Of a DNA stretch of 64,000 nucleotides, positions 1 to 10,296 are shown in pieces; position 1 is the first letter of the stretch, and every line of letters begins with the position of its first letter. The translations under genes were made by a program, and so were the position numbers. The DNA lies in the IMG/VR virus record IMGVR_UViG_3300017917_001940, positions 32,001 through 96,000 of that record; one strand, written 5' to 3'. The stretch comes from a virus. A model generated the notes under the pieces. The model worked only from the letters and a program-made list of their open reading frames with translations. It was not told where the DNA came from and did not search any database.

Positions 1-15
1 AATTTGGGAGGTAGC

Positions 16-177
16 ATGAGCGAGTTTAGAGCGTGGGTTTACCAAGTGTGGCAAGACAACTGTAGCGAGCACGATGCATATAACGAGCTACCTTTTACCC
101 AACAAGAGTATTTTAATCGTTACAAATACTGGCTCAAGCGAGAATTCCGCTATAAAAAATCCCTTATAAATCAATGA
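16..177 (+). CDS. small hypothetical protein (53 aa, own translation)
   Basis: GGAGG RBS then ATG16, open to TGA175-177. Confidence 0.6.
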   Translation: MSEFRAWVYQVWQDNCSEHDAYNELPFTQQEYFNRYKYWLKREFRYKKSLINQ

Positions 178-184
178 CTTACAA

Positions 185-208
185 CCCCTAGAAATAGGGG
201 TTTCTTTT
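185..208 (+). terminator. intrinsic terminator
   Basis: CCCCTA-GAAA-TAGGGG followed by TTTCTTTT. Confidence 0.7.
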
Positions 209-210
209 GG

Positions 211-239
211 TCGACCACTAATGCCAAAAGTGCTACAAT
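211..239 (+). promoter_or_regulatory. sigma70-type early promoter (IHF-like site upstream at 166-182)
   Basis: TCGACC-N17-TACAAT. Confidence 0.6.
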
Positions 240-276
240 TATACTATAAATTAATACTTCGGAAAGGAAATTGTAA

Positions 277-495
277 ATGGACAAATATACAGTTAAAGCA
301 ACAGCTCAACTCGCAGGTTATGCCCTAGCGGTAGCCACAGTAGGTTTTATCACAGCCGCGGTGCTTGATTACTTCAAACCCACCCCAGAACAAGGTATTT
401 TTGCTATTGCAATGGCGGTTTTAGCATATACAGCATATAATCTTGTTAAAATTCAAGCAGATATACTTAGATTCCGCGATAAAAATCGCAAGTAA
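277..495 (+). CDS. small membrane protein
   Basis: two hydrophobic segments, RBS GGAAAGGA. Confidence 0.7.
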   Translation: MDKYTVKATAQLAGYALAVATVGFITAAVLDYFKPTPEQGIFAIAMAVLAYTAYNLVKIQADILRFRDKNRK

Positions 496-564
496 AACGG
501 TTGACCAGAATTACCCATTTTGTTAAAATATTACTATACAGTTAAGAAATAGGAGCTAAAAATG
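496..564 (+). repeat. promoter+RBS cassette, copy 1
   Basis: TTGACC(501)-N17-TAAAAT...GTTAAGAAATAGGAGCTAAAAATG, near-identical to 771-838 and 42785-42851. Confidence 0.85.
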
Positions 565-765
565 GAATTCGAAAAAGCAGTGTTAGGCACAGTAGCAGTA
601 ACTTTGGGCAACTGGATTCCTGCCAGTTTCACTTGCGGTAGTTTGTTCGTTGAGTGTGACCAAGCAGATTCAGACGCATTGTTTGAAGTGTTGCGAAAAA
701 ACTACACCGGTCGCTTGATCAAAAGCGGTCCTATCCAAGGCGAATACGCCTACGACTTTGTATAA
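562..765 (+). CDS. hypothetical early protein
   Basis: ORF with AGGAG RBS. Confidence 0.75.
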   Translation: MEFEKAVLGTVAVTLGNWIPASFTCGSLFVECDQADSDALFEVLRKNYTGRLIKSGPIQGEYAYDFV

Positions 766-770
766 AAACC

Positions 771-838
771 AAACGGTTGACCAAAATCAACCGTTTTGTT
801 ATAATATTACTATAGTTAAGAAATAGGAGCTAAAAATG
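771..838 (+). repeat. promoter+RBS cassette, copy 2
   Basis: TTGACC(777)-N17-TATAAT(800)...AGGAGCTAAAAATG. Confidence 0.85.
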
Positions 839-1189
839 GCAACATTAGATTATACAGCAGAACAAATCAAAGACATCGTGGCAGAAGCCAAGGCTGAAGC
901 CAGCAAGGCCGCAGAGGCTTATTTCCAAAAAGAACTAGGTGGTGTTGATCAATACGCCTGTGGTTTTGGTTGGTTAGAAATTTACGGCATTCGAGGCAAC
1001 ACCAAACTAGGCAAAGCATTCAAGGCCGCTGGTGTTGAGAAAAACTACAATGGTGCGTTTAGCATTTGGAATCCATCAGGACACGGTGCCCAAAACATTG
1101 ATGTCAAATACGAAGGTGCCCGTGCCGCTCAAAAGGTATTCGAGAAATATGGTTTCACTCGTGCCTTTGCTTGCTCGAGGTTAGATTAA
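836..1189 (+). CDS. hypothetical phage protein
   Basis: ORF, strong RBS. Confidence 0.8.
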   Translation: MATLDYTAEQIKDIVAEAKAEASKAAEAYFQKELGGVDQYACGFGWLEIYGIRGNTKLGKAFKAAGVEKNYNGAFSIWNPSGHGAQNIDVKYEGARAAQKVFEKYGFTRAFACSRLD

Positions 1190-1551
1190 TGCGTAACAGC
1201 AAACTACCTGGATTCATGGATCGTCATGGCGGTCCATCAACAGAGTATAATGTTCCAGTACATACTCAAGAAGCACTGGAACATTATTTGATCTCAGGAT
1301 TTCAGCCAGGCGGATTCTTATCATCTATGTTGGCAATGAATATGGAACGAGCAGTATATAACGCAGACGTGGCAAATAAACAAGCGTTCGTTAGTATTGC
1401 TCGTTGGATTATAGAATATGCTCCTAAAGCCAGCTGGGGCAGTTATCAAGCAATCGACGATTGGTGTGCTGATAAAGATGGTCGTAGAACCAAGTACGGC
1501 ACAAACATTGAAAAAGAATACGTTGCACGAGTATTGAAAGAAGGTGTGTAG
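1189..1551 (+). CDS. hypothetical phage protein
   Basis: TAATG coupling to upstream gene; start moved to ATG1189. Confidence 0.7.
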   Translation: MRNSKLPGFMDRHGGPSTEYNVPVHTQEALEHYLISGFQPGGFLSSMLAMNMERAVYNADVANKQAFVSIARWIIEYAPKASWGSYQAIDDWCADKDGRRTKYGTNIEKEYVARVLKEGV

Positions 1552-1919
1552 TGCTAAAGATTGATAAAACTGATCGCCGTATGAATGGTCACCGTGACTT
1601 CAAATATCGCATTAAGTTTGACCTACACAGTTTCCTCAACAATGATTATAGCATAGAAGCAACAATGGCGGCCTGGAATAATGCCAACCGTGCGTTTTTG
1701 ATGTGTTCCAAATACATGACTGAGACACACGGATACGGCCCAGAACTGAAGTTAGTTAATTACATGAAAGAAAATGGCGAGGGTGTTCCGTTGTGGGCCA
1801 CCCGTCATGCTTATAGTGTATTACATACCAAGCAACCAGATACCATCTATCTACGCGATGATGATGCACGTGAGAAGATTGAAAAGGTATTTGTGTTTTT
1901 ACAATTAAAATATAATTGA
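1551..1919 (+). CDS. hypothetical protein (C-terminal LQLKY motif family)
   Basis: ORF track; ends FLQLKYN like 51822, 53348, 53572, 63170. Confidence 0.65.
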   Translation: MLKIDKTDRRMNGHRDFKYRIKFDLHSFLNNDYSIEATMAAWNNANRAFLMCSKYMTETHGYGPELKLVNYMKENGEGVPLWATRHAYSVLHTKQPDTIYLRDDDAREKIEKVFVFLQLKYN

Positions 1920-1926
1920 GGTTACA

Positions 1927-2109
1927 ATGAATCCAGAAAAGAAACAGCACTTGTTTAACAGCATTAAAATGACGTTGAGTAAAGATCAGATCGCTTCGTT
2001 TGTAGCTGGCTTGCATGAAGTTCAAGAAGAAATGTTGGAAGAACTTGTACGCAGAGCCGAAGCAAAAGGCTTTCCTGAAGCCAACGAACTAATCAAGCGA
2101 GTTAAATAA
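1927..2109 (+). CDS. hypothetical protein
   Basis: ORF with GAGG RBS. Confidence 0.65.
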   Translation: MNPEKKQHLFNSIKMTLSKDQIASFVAGLHEVQEEMLEELVRRAEAKGFPEANELIKRVK

Positions 2110-2110
2110 T

Positions 2111-3523
2111 ATGTCAGCAGTATACAACACATACATTGACAAACCACATGAAATCATCTATGAAAGATTAGATGAACACGAAGGATTAAAGTTGGCCGCA
2201 GATTGGATTAGAGATTTAGAATCAAGCGACAGCAGAATTCACAAGGAAAAAGTTATTGAGAAAGCCTTGATGGCATCCAAACTTGGTAGTCTTAATGCTC
2301 AATGTTTCTTGTTTAACTGCTACCTAGCCTACAATCCATTTTTCATTTACAATATTAAACAAGTTCCGGAGACCGAGGGGCTTGTTGGCCAGGAAAATCC
2401 ATGGCCACGTTTCTGGGCACTAGCTGAATCATTACGCACTCGTAGCGTGACAGGTGGTATGGCAAGAAACGCTATTCACACAATCAGTCAACAATTTGAC
2501 AGCGAAGAATGGAATGGCCTAGCTCGTCGTGTGCTGATCAAGGACTTGCGTTGTGGCATCAGTGAAAAGACTTTAAACAAAGTACTAGGCAAGACTGAAT
2601 GGAAGATTCCTGTGTTTGCTTGTCAGTTAGCCACAGACTCTAACGATCATCCAAACAAAATGAAAGGTCGTAAGCGTTTAGAGTGTAAACTAGATGGTGT
2701 GCGTGTGTTGGCAGTGGTCACAGGCCCAGCAGTCAACTTGTACAGTCGTAATGGTAAAGCATTTGACAACTTTCCACAGGTTGCCGAAGCGATCAATCGC
2801 ATTAGACACAGACTAGAAACAGGTTATGGTGCCAGTGGTCGTTTTGTATTAGATGGCGAAATCGTTGGAGAAAGTTTCCAACAGTTAATGCGTCAAGCAC
2901 ATCGTAAGAGTGATGCTCAAACGGATGGTATGGTGTATAATATATTTGACGTTATTCCATTGGAAGACTTTGAGCGTGGTTGGTGGAATGCCCAACAATT
3001 CAAACGCACCAAGTGGTTAGAAAAAGTCAAAGAAGTTATTGAAAGCGAAGATTGCTTACAAGTCATGCCTGGATTAGATGTGGATTTGGACACCGCCGAA
3101 GGACAAGACATCATGCGTCGTTATGCTAACGAAGCAGTTAACCAAGGCTACGAAGGCATTATGATTAAAAACCTCGAAGCACCATATGAGTGCAAGCGTA
3201 GCAGTTTTTGGATGAAATGGAAACCGGTTATGAGTGTGGACCTGACTGTAATCGGTGTTGAAGAAGGTACAGGTCGTAATGCGGGCCGTTTAGGTGCCCT
3301 AATTTGTGAAGGAGTAGACAATGAGCGACATATTCGCGTTAATGTTGGTAGTGGTCTGTCTGACAGCGATCGTGACGTTTTCTGGACCGACCGCGATTCA
3401 ATTCTTGGTCACTTGGTTGAAGTCCAAGCTGATGCGGTAACCCAAAACCAAGACGGAACTTACAGTTTACGCTTTCCCCGATTCATGAGATTTAGAGATT
3501 TCGATGCGGGCGATAAACTGTAA
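2111..3523 (+). CDS. lig: ATP-dependent DNA ligase
   Basis: motif I ECKLDGVR, motif III LDGEI, EGIMIK, WMKWKP, C-terminal SLRFPRF. Confidence 0.95.
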   Translation: MSAVYNTYIDKPHEIIYERLDEHEGLKLAADWIRDLESSDSRIHKEKVIEKALMASKLGSLNAQCFLFNCYLAYNPFFIYNIKQVPETEGLVGQENPWPRFWALAESLRTRSVTGGMARNAIHTISQQFDSEEWNGLARRVLIKDLRCGISEKTLNKVLGKTEWKIPVFACQLATDSNDHPNKMKGRKRLECKLDGVRVLAVVTGPAVNLYSRNGKAFDNFPQVAEAINRIRHRLETGYGASGRFVLDGEIVGESFQQLMRQAHRKSDAQTDGMVYNIFDVIPLEDFERGWWNAQQFKRTKWLEKVKEVIESEDCLQVMPGLDVDLDTAEGQDIMRRYANEAVNQGYEGIMIKNLEAPYECKRSSFWMKWKPVMSVDLTVIGVEEGTGRNAGRLGALICEGVDNERHIRVNVGSGLSDSDRDVFWTDRDSILGHLVEVQADAVTQNQDGTYSLRFPRFMRFRDFDAGDKL

Positions 3524-3703
3524 GTTGACAGGAAAATAAACTTATGTTAATCTATACTATATCAGTAGTGTTAGCTATTGTAGCAGTTATTGGTATTGCT
3601 AAAATTTGTGATTGTTTAGGAGATTGGCGATGATTCAACGTAAAGAATGGCTACACTATATCAAGTGGCGTATTAAAAAGTTTTTTAAAAGAAAGAACAT
3701 CAA

Positions 3704-3952
3704 GTGGCAACAATGATCACTGTGCCTAATGGTGCTACTGTTCACAGTCGTGTAGAATATGAGTTTGCTGATGCTAACACACAGCCAAACACTATTACAT
3801 GTCTCGCGGGTGGTAAGGAAATGTTAAGAGTTGGCCCAGATGGATTTTGGGTTCGTGGTGTAAAAGTCGAGCAAGATGATCAAGAAGCACAGGCAGTATA
3901 TAACGCATTTAAACAATGGATGGCTTGGATGAGCCTACAAGGACAATACTGA
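3704..3952 (+). CDS. hypothetical protein
   Basis: ORF track. Confidence 0.6.
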   Translation: MATMITVPNGATVHSRVEYEFADANTQPNTITCLAGGKEMLRVGPDGFWVRGVKVEQDDQEAQAVYNAFKQWMAWMSLQGQY

Positions 3953-4176
3953 TGTCAAAAAAAGATAAAAAAGTAAAGATTGAATTTGCACCCGGTTGCT
4001 TTGACAATGTAGATCTTACACAAGAAGAATTAGATGGTATTGTTGCCATGCTTGAAAACATGACTGAGGAAGAATTCCTAGCCAATAGTACCGAATTAAC
4101 TGATGAGGATATCAATGATATTCCTGATGAAGTCGTTGAACAACTGTTTAATCAATCTAAAAGGACATTACAGTAA
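3952..4176 (+). CDS. acidic hypothetical protein
   Basis: start reassigned to ATG3952 coupled to upstream stop. Confidence 0.65.
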   Translation: MSKKDKKVKIEFAPGCFDNVDLTQEELDGIVAMLENMTEEEFLANSTELTDEDINDIPDEVVEQLFNQSKRTLQ

Positions 4177-5333
4177 TGGCTACTAAAAAAGAGCAAGAAC
4201 AATTAATGGAAACATTAAAGTTCACACCTCGCACTTATAAGATCAGCTTGTGGGGCTACGGTGGTGAAAAGGTTATGGGCACAGTAAACCAAGAAGTCTG
4301 GGATTACTGTATGGACAATCAAGTTAACCTACAAGATATTGCTTGGAACTACGATGTTGAAGAAGAAATGGGCCTTGATCCAGATATGTTACCATTTCCA
4401 CCAGGATCCTGGTATGAATGTGACGACATGGCACACGTTAATGGTGTAAGTCGTAGCGCCGGTACTATTCAAATTGAAGACGAAAACGGCAATGAAATTA
4501 TTCAAAAGTCGTTAGATGATTGTGACGGTTGCGAAGACAGCCCTACTTGGTGTTGCAATGATGAAGTTTGGGTTGGCATGAAGAAAAAGGGTGAGATTGT
4601 TTTTATTGGATCGAGCAACGAAAAAGGCACATTCTTTGAAGGAGATATTAATCTCAGGTCTCCATTTAATATTGAGTTGTTAGAACTACACTATGATGAA
4701 ATAGATGGTGAAGAAATTGTCAATGCTGTTTATTATGACGGCGAAGAAATTGATAACTATGGCGGTAGCACCGATGGTAAGAGCTCAGACTTTAACATGG
4801 TACGTCTAACTAGCGACGATGGTGAATGGGAACGATATGAACCTGGTGAAAAAGATTGGGGTCATCCTGAATTTGGTCCTAGTCCTAGTGACTGGGAAAG
4901 CTCTCCTAAGTTTAAGTTTAAACAACATAAACCGGTGTATCCAGGTTACTATAGTTTAAACTATGGTTATGGATCTAGTTACAGTAGTATGTATTGGGAC
5001 GGTAAAGAGTTTGGCGATTGGGAGTTTGGTAAATTTCATCCTATTGACCAAAAAGGTATTGTTACTTGGCAAGGGTATAATTGGGACACTAGTTCATGGG
5101 TTAACCAACCACCAGCGCCACCGGGATTTGAATGTAAGTGTGGTTGGGTAGGTAACCGTGATCAACTAGTCGAAGACGAAGAATATAACGATCATTGTCC
5201 TGCATGTAATAGTACTGATGTTTATTGGATTGATTACGATCCTGAAACTGCTAAAGGTCGTAAGAATCGAACAAAGTATTGTAAACCATGGGATCCAGCT
5301 CTAGCACTAGAACGTATTGCTGTACCAGAATGA
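4176..5333 (+). CDS. acidic hypothetical protein with C-terminal CxC..CxxC zinc-ribbon-like motif
   Basis: 385 aa ORF; ECKCG...HCPACNS. Confidence 0.75.
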   Translation: MATKKEQEQLMETLKFTPRTYKISLWGYGGEKVMGTVNQEVWDYCMDNQVNLQDIAWNYDVEEEMGLDPDMLPFPPGSWYECDDMAHVNGVSRSAGTIQIEDENGNEIIQKSLDDCDGCEDSPTWCCNDEVWVGMKKKGEIVFIGSSNEKGTFFEGDINLRSPFNIELLELHYDEIDGEEIVNAVYYDGEEIDNYGGSTDGKSSDFNMVRLTSDDGEWERYEPGEKDWGHPEFGPSPSDWESSPKFKFKQHKPVYPGYYSLNYGYGSSYSSMYWDGKEFGDWEFGKFHPIDQKGIVTWQGYNWDTSSWVNQPPAPPGFECKCGWVGNRDQLVEDEEYNDHCPACNSTDVYWIDYDPETAKGRKNRTKYCKPWDPALALERIAVPE

Positions 5334-5497
5334 GCGAACAAGTAACCGATTGGTTTGACAAAAGATACAAGCCACGTTATACTGGATTGTATCAAGTTAT
5401 GCTTGCACATTGGCCCTGGCCTACATTGTTAATGTGGAATAACAAAACGGGTTGGGCAAATAACGATTTTGTAAAATGGAGGGGTATTAGTAAATGA
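5330..5497 (+). CDS. small Trp-rich hypothetical protein
   Basis: ATGA overlap with upstream stop. Confidence 0.55.
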   Translation: MSEQVTDWFDKRYKPRYTGLYQVMLAHWPWPTLLMWNNKTGWANNDFVKWRGISK

Positions 5498-5820
5498 TTG
5501 GAACAATTAAGAAGTATGGTGACTTGGCTCGCTCGGCCAGTCGTAGCGAATATTGGGGAGTTGTACTCAGTGTATTTGCTTTGAGCTTTTTGCTTGGCAT
5601 TGTATCGTTAATCATGATGTTCGGCGGAGTGTTTGGAATGATGGTTGCTATTCCTGTATTGCTCGCTGGTACATTGATCCTTACCTGGGTAAGTATCGCA
5701 ACTATTGTGGCACGTTGTCGTGATGCTGGTATCAACCCTTGGTTTACTGCCGCATGCTTTATACCTTATATCGGTACAATCGTTATGATTGTCATTGGAT
5801 GTATTGGAACTAAGAAATGA
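5494..5820 (+). CDS. DUF805-family inner membrane protein
   Basis: RSEYW, R(C)RDAG, three TM helices. Confidence 0.8.
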   Translation: MIGTIKKYGDLARSASRSEYWGVVLSVFALSFLLGIVSLIMMFGGVFGMMVAIPVLLAGTLILTWVSIATIVARCRDAGINPWFTAACFIPYIGTIVMIVIGCIGTKK

Positions 5821-5953
5821 ATGGATTTGTTGTTTTTGGAGTTATTGTATTAGTTGTTCTTGGTGCATTATACGCACTGAGAAATATTCCTGGCTGTACA
5901 GGCGACTGTGAGCAAGGACGTAAGCCTTGTAACTGTGAAAAAGGAAAACGATA

Positions 5954-6502
5954 ATGGCCTGGCCCTTTGGACCTGATGAAGTAACACAAACTGAAGTTGA
6001 GAAAAATTTAACTACTTGGACAGTACAACCGCGTTATAAGAAATCTATTGAAGAGCGTGAGTTATGGTCTAAAGATGGCGAACAAATTGTTCGTGTAACC
6101 GGTTGGCGTGGCGGTTCTTGGACTGTAACTACTAACGACGGTAATCCACCAGAGTTCGAATTTACCTATGTTCCTGGCGGCGATGGCAACTGTGACAGTA
6201 TTGATATGAACTTTTGCTGTTCTAATAACATCGAAGAATGTGAAATGAATGAAACATGGGACGGCTGGTACGGTGATGTACAGTATCCTGATGACATGGA
6301 TGATGATGAACAAGAGCGTCTCAATGAACTCTGGGAAGAGGAATTCTACGACGGTTGGGAAAGTGACGGTTGGAGCAACGATGACACAGAAATGTGGATT
6401 TGGGGCGATATCGAAATTTTAAACGAAGCCGGTGATCTTGTTAAAGTTATTCGTGCTGATGAAGATGGTAATGTTGTCGATGTAACTGATGACGCTGAGT
6501 AA
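5954..6502 (+). CDS. acidic hypothetical protein
   Basis: ORF with AAGGA RBS. Confidence 0.75.
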   Translation: MAWPFGPDEVTQTEVEKNLTTWTVQPRYKKSIEERELWSKDGEQIVRVTGWRGGSWTVTTNDGNPPEFEFTYVPGGDGNCDSIDMNFCCSNNIEECEMNETWDGWYGDVQYPDDMDDDEQERLNELWEEEFYDGWESDGWSNDDTEMWIWGDIEILNEAGDLVKVIRADEDGNVVDVTDDAE

Positions 6503-6610
6503 GTTATTAGATGTTGCATTAGGCTTAGTTGAGGCAGGATTTTTCTTTGCTTTGATTATAATGTATGCTATAATATTAGGTAAGTTAATCCAACCAACTA
6601 AGAAGATCAA

Positions 6611-6826
6611 ATGAATGTAGTAGCAGAAAGTTTAGAATATCTTTGGTATAGCTTTTATGGCTTGATTGCAGGTTGGGGATTAACCACAACCTTTTTTGCT
6701 ATTGTGGCCATAACATTATTTGTTAAAGTTGTTCGCCTTGACAAGAAAGTTGAACGACTTGAAAATCGTTTGGTACATGCCGAACGTGATTATAACATTA
6801 CCTTGGCAAAATGGCAGAAGAAATAA
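6611..6826 (+). CDS. small membrane protein with coiled coil
   Basis: one TM then heptad-like tail. Confidence 0.6.
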   Translation: MNVVAESLEYLWYSFYGLIAGWGLTTTFFAIVAITLFVKVVRLDKKVERLENRLVHAERDYNITLAKWQKK

Positions 6827-7251
6827 ATCGTTGCGTGTGTTGCGGCCACGAGATCACTAAAGAGCAACACACATTCCAAAAGTTAAAGGGCATTCGAGAA
6901 GTTGTAGTAAATGCTCGGCATGGTGGATTTAGTTTGAGTCACGAGGCAGAACTGGAGTACCTACGTCGTGCCGGCATCGATTATACTTTAGAGTCTCGGG
7001 GTAGTAGAGACGATGATAATAGATATGGTTTAACTATTCGTGTTGATGGCAATCATTGGTCTGGTAGACATGATATTGCTCGCGACGATCCTATATTAGT
7101 TCGTTTGATTAAAGACTGGGGTGATGATGTAGATGGCGAGTATGCTGATCTTGCCATAGTACAGATTCCTGGCAATGTTGATTGGATTATAGAAGAATAT
7201 GATGGATTAGAATGGGTAGCAGAGGACCATAGAACCTGGCACGCCCGCTAA
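6811..7251 (+). CDS. conserved phage hypothetical protein
   Basis: VVNARHGGFSLS ... IEEYDGLEWVAE. Confidence 0.7.
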   Translation: MAEEINRCVCCGHEITKEQHTFQKLKGIREVVVNARHGGFSLSHEAELEYLRRAGIDYTLESRGSRDDDNRYGLTIRVDGNHWSGRHDIARDDPILVRLIKDWGDDVDGEYADLAIVQIPGNVDWIIEEYDGLEWVAEDHRTWHAR

Positions 7252-7261
7252 ATATTTAGAT

Positions 7262-8869
7262 ATGATTTTAAGTTATTGGACATTATTTGTAGCACTATCA
7301 CTGAGCCTTATTGCCGCTTGGTATAGTATCGCCGGCCTAACAGCCATCTTTGCCGCGGCCGCAGTGCCTATTATGATCATGGGCGGCATCATGGAAGTGG
7401 CCAAGATCACTGTTACTGTATGGTTACATGAATACTGGCAATACTGTAAACGCAGTCTTAAGGCGCAGTTGACTGTTAGTGTGGTCCTACTCATGTTTAT
7501 TACCAGCATGGGTATCTTTGGATTCCTATCAAAAGCACACAGCGATCAAGCACTGGTATCAGGCGATGTACAGGCTAAGATTAGCATATACGATGAAAAG
7601 ATTCGTATTGCCCGCGAGAACATTGAGGCAAGCCGTAAGGCATTGACACAAATGGATGCCGCAGTTGATCAAACCATGGGTCGTTCGACGGATGAAAAAG
7701 GTGCTGATCGAGCAGTGGCCATACGACGTAGTCAAAGTGCTGAACGCTCACGTTTATTAAAAGAAATTGATCAAGAACAAAAGAAGATTCAAAAACTTAA
7801 CGAAGAAGCCGCCCCTATTCGTGCAGAAGTGCGTAAGGTAGAAGCCGAAGTTGGTCCTATCAAATATATTGCCGCACTGATCTATGGCGACAATCCTGAT
7901 GCTAACTTGTTAGAACGTGCTGTTCGTTGGGTTATTATTATACTGGTTATTGTATTTGATCCGTTGGCTATTGCCATGGTATTAAGTTCTACAGAAAGTA
8001 TCAAATGGGAAAAACAATGGAAGGGTCGCAAACCTGATCCTGTTGATGACTCTGAAGATCATGAAGTTGAATCTTGGTTTGATCGTGCTAAAGAACGTGC
8101 CCGCTTTTGGGACAAACAACCCAAGGTAGGTGACCTTGTTGAACAAATAACTCCAGAGAATGTTCACAAGGAACAGTTAACTGATTTGGTTATAGATGAA
8201 CCACAAACTGAAGATCAACATACACACATTCCTGTATCAACATACTACTCAAGTATCAGACCAAGTAGTCAGTTTGAACCTAAGCCAGAAGAAGATCAAG
8301 AGCTTGCTCAAGATCCAATGATCAATAAAGAAGCCAATGCAGATCTATCAATGTATAACGATGAAAGGTTAGTTTCAAAGTTTGACAAAGAGTCAGGATT
8401 TGTGAGTCCTAATGCACCAGAATTAGATGCTAGTGATGAACGCCCAGGCGACTATCTAAATGATAATGACAAAGCTCTACGCACCGCATGGAAAGAAGCT
8501 AATCCAAAAGATACACTCAAGCATCAACGTGACTTGTATGATAAAGGACTAATTGATCAATTGCCTTGGCTAGGTCTAGATGCTGACAACGAGCCACACA
8601 CTGGAGAGGTAAAAGGATTTGGTACAGCTTTCCCAAATGATCCTGCTAAAGGCGACATGTTCTTACGTGTAGATCAAATACCAAGTATCTTGTTTAAGTT
8701 TAATGGATCACATTGGATTGAGGTTGACAAAAACCGAACAGACCAGTATGCTTATGATGAAGCATACATTGATCATCTTATTGCCAAAATTGATTCTGGG
8801 GAATATGATCCAGACCTGCTTAGTGATGCCGAACGCGATCAAATTGAACATAGACTAAAGAATGCCTGA
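7262..8869 (+). CDS. membrane-anchored coiled-coil protein with fibre-like C-terminal motif
   Basis: N-terminal TMs, long coiled coil, FPNDPAKGDMFLR..FNGSHW; TAAATA 7 nt upstream. Confidence 0.7.
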   Translation: MILSYWTLFVALSLSLIAAWYSIAGLTAIFAAAAVPIMIMGGIMEVAKITVTVWLHEYWQYCKRSLKAQLTVSVVLLMFITSMGIFGFLSKAHSDQALVSGDVQAKISIYDEKIRIARENIEASRKALTQMDAAVDQTMGRSTDEKGADRAVAIRRSQSAERSRLLKEIDQEQKKIQKLNEEAAPIRAEVRKVEAEVGPIKYIAALIYGDNPDANLLERAVRWVIIILVIVFDPLAIAMVLSSTESIKWEKQWKGRKPDPVDDSEDHEVESWFDRAKERARFWDKQPKVGDLVEQITPENVHKEQLTDLVIDEPQTEDQHTHIPVSTYYSSIRPSSQFEPKPEEDQELAQDPMINKEANADLSMYNDERLVSKFDKESGFVSPNAPELDASDERPGDYLNDNDKALRTAWKEANPKDTLKHQRDLYDKGLIDQLPWLGLDADNEPHTGEVKGFGTAFPNDPAKGDMFLRVDQIPSILFKFNGSHWIEVDKNRTDQYAYDEAYIDHLIAKIDSGEYDPDLLSDAERDQIEHRLKNA

Positions 8870-10061
8870 TACTAATTCAGTAGATAATTGCAGTTTTTGT
8901 AACAAACATAAAGATCAAGTTGATAAACTTATTGTTGGTCATTCAGTGGCCATTTGTAATGAGTGCGTTGATCTGTGTGGGTCCTTATTAAAGGATTCTA
9001 AAAAACTTAAAATCAAAAGTCAAGACGTTAAACTCGATCCTCGACAAATTAAATCATATCTCGATGAACATGTAATTGGTCAAGATACCGCAAAGATTGT
9101 TCTAAGTGTGGCAATTGTCAATCATTACAAGAGAATTCAAAACAAAGATAATCAGATACAAAAAGCCAACATACTAATGGTTGGTCCAACGGGTACTGGT
9201 AAAACACTAATGGCTCGAACAGTGGCCAAGTATCTTAATGTTCCATTTGTAGTTGCTGACGCAACAACATTAACCGAGGCGGGTTATGTAGGAGATGATG
9301 TTGAAACATTAATATCTCGATTGTATGCTAATGCCAATGGAGATATTGAACAAACTCAAAAAGGCATTGTCTTTTTAGATGAAGTTGATAAAATCGCTCG
9401 AAAGAGTGAAAGTGCCAGTGTATCAAGAGATGTGTCGGGCGAGGGTGTGCAACAGGCTCTACTAAAATTAGTAGAAGGAACAAAATGTCGCATTCCAACG
9501 CTAAACTCGAGAAAAATGAGCGGTGCCGAAACCGTCGAAATTGACACAACTAACATTTTGTTTGTTGCCGGCGGTGCATTCGTTGGATTAGAAGACGTAA
9601 TTAAAAAACGATTGCAAGGTACATCCATTGGGTTTGGTGCTAGTTTAAACACCCAGGAAAAAATCAGTACAGAAGATTTAATACCAGAAGACCTAGTAGG
9701 ATTTGGAATGATCCCAGAATTTGTTGGACGTTTCCCTACTTGTGTAAGTTTAAAACCATTAGATAAATCACAGTTAATAAACATACTCACAGAGGTAAAA
9801 AATAACTTTGTAGAGCAATACCAATGGTTATTTGACCAAGATGGTGTAAAGTTAGAATTTGATACCGAAAGTTTGGATCTCATTGCCGAAAGAACACTTA
9901 AAACTAACACCGGAGCTCGTGGGTTACACAGTGAATTAGAACGTGTATTACTACCGCATATGTTTAACTTAGGGCAATACAAGGAACAGAATGTATTGCG
10001 TGTGGTCATAGATAAAACCCAGGTAAATACTCCTACAAAATTAGAACAGGGAAATAAGTGA
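8862..10061 (+). CDS. clpX: ATP-dependent Clp protease ATP-binding subunit ClpX
   Basis: C4 zinc finger, Walker [13 protein letters not shown] pore loop, [22 protein letters not shown] loop. Confidence 0.95.
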   Translation: MPDTNSVDNCSFCNKHKDQVDKLIVGHSVAICNECVDLCGSLLKDSKKLKIKSQDVKLDPRQIKSYLDEHVIGQDTAKIVLSVAIVNHYKRIQNKDNQIQKANILMVGPTGTGKTLMARTVAKYLNVPFVVADATTLTEAGYVGDDVETLISRLYANANGDIEQTQKGIVFLDEVDKIARKSESASVSRDVSGEGVQQALLKLVEGTKCRIPTLNSRKMSGAETVEIDTTNILFVAGGAFVGLEDVIKKRLQGTSIGFGASLNTQEKISTEDLIPEDLVGFGMIPEFVGRFPTCVSLKPLDKSQLINILTEVKNNFVEQYQWLFDQDGVKLEFDTESLDLIAERTLKTNTGARGLHSELERVLLPHMFNLGQYKEQNVLRVVIDKTQVNTPTKLEQGNK

Positions 10062-10282
10062 AACCAATTTACGGAAACAGCGTACTTGTTAAGGACGGAA
10101 ACGTAGAAAAAGCTCTACGCAAGTTCAAGAAGAAAGTGCAGGAATCTGGCTTACTTCAAGAGTTACGTGATCGTGAAACTTATGAAAAACCCACAACCGT
10201 GCGTAAGCGTAAAAAAGCCGCGGCAAAGAACCGTTTACGCAAACAACTAGCATCACAAAGTTTGCCAAAAAAATTGTATTAA
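10058..10282 (+). CDS. rpsU: ribosomal protein bS21
   Basis: [33 protein letters not shown]. Confidence 0.92.
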   Translation: MKPIYGNSVLVKDGNVEKALRKFKKKVQESGLLQELRDRETYEKPTTVRKRKKAAAKNRLRKQLASQSLPKKLY

Positions 10283-10296
10283 TTTGAAATTTGTTG

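Noticed and set aside
9328-10009. Long antisense ORFs opposite clpX, and similar shadows opposite groEL, csgG, the cyclase and the helicase
   Set aside because: Antisense shadows of well-supported genes, without RBS or recognisable motifs
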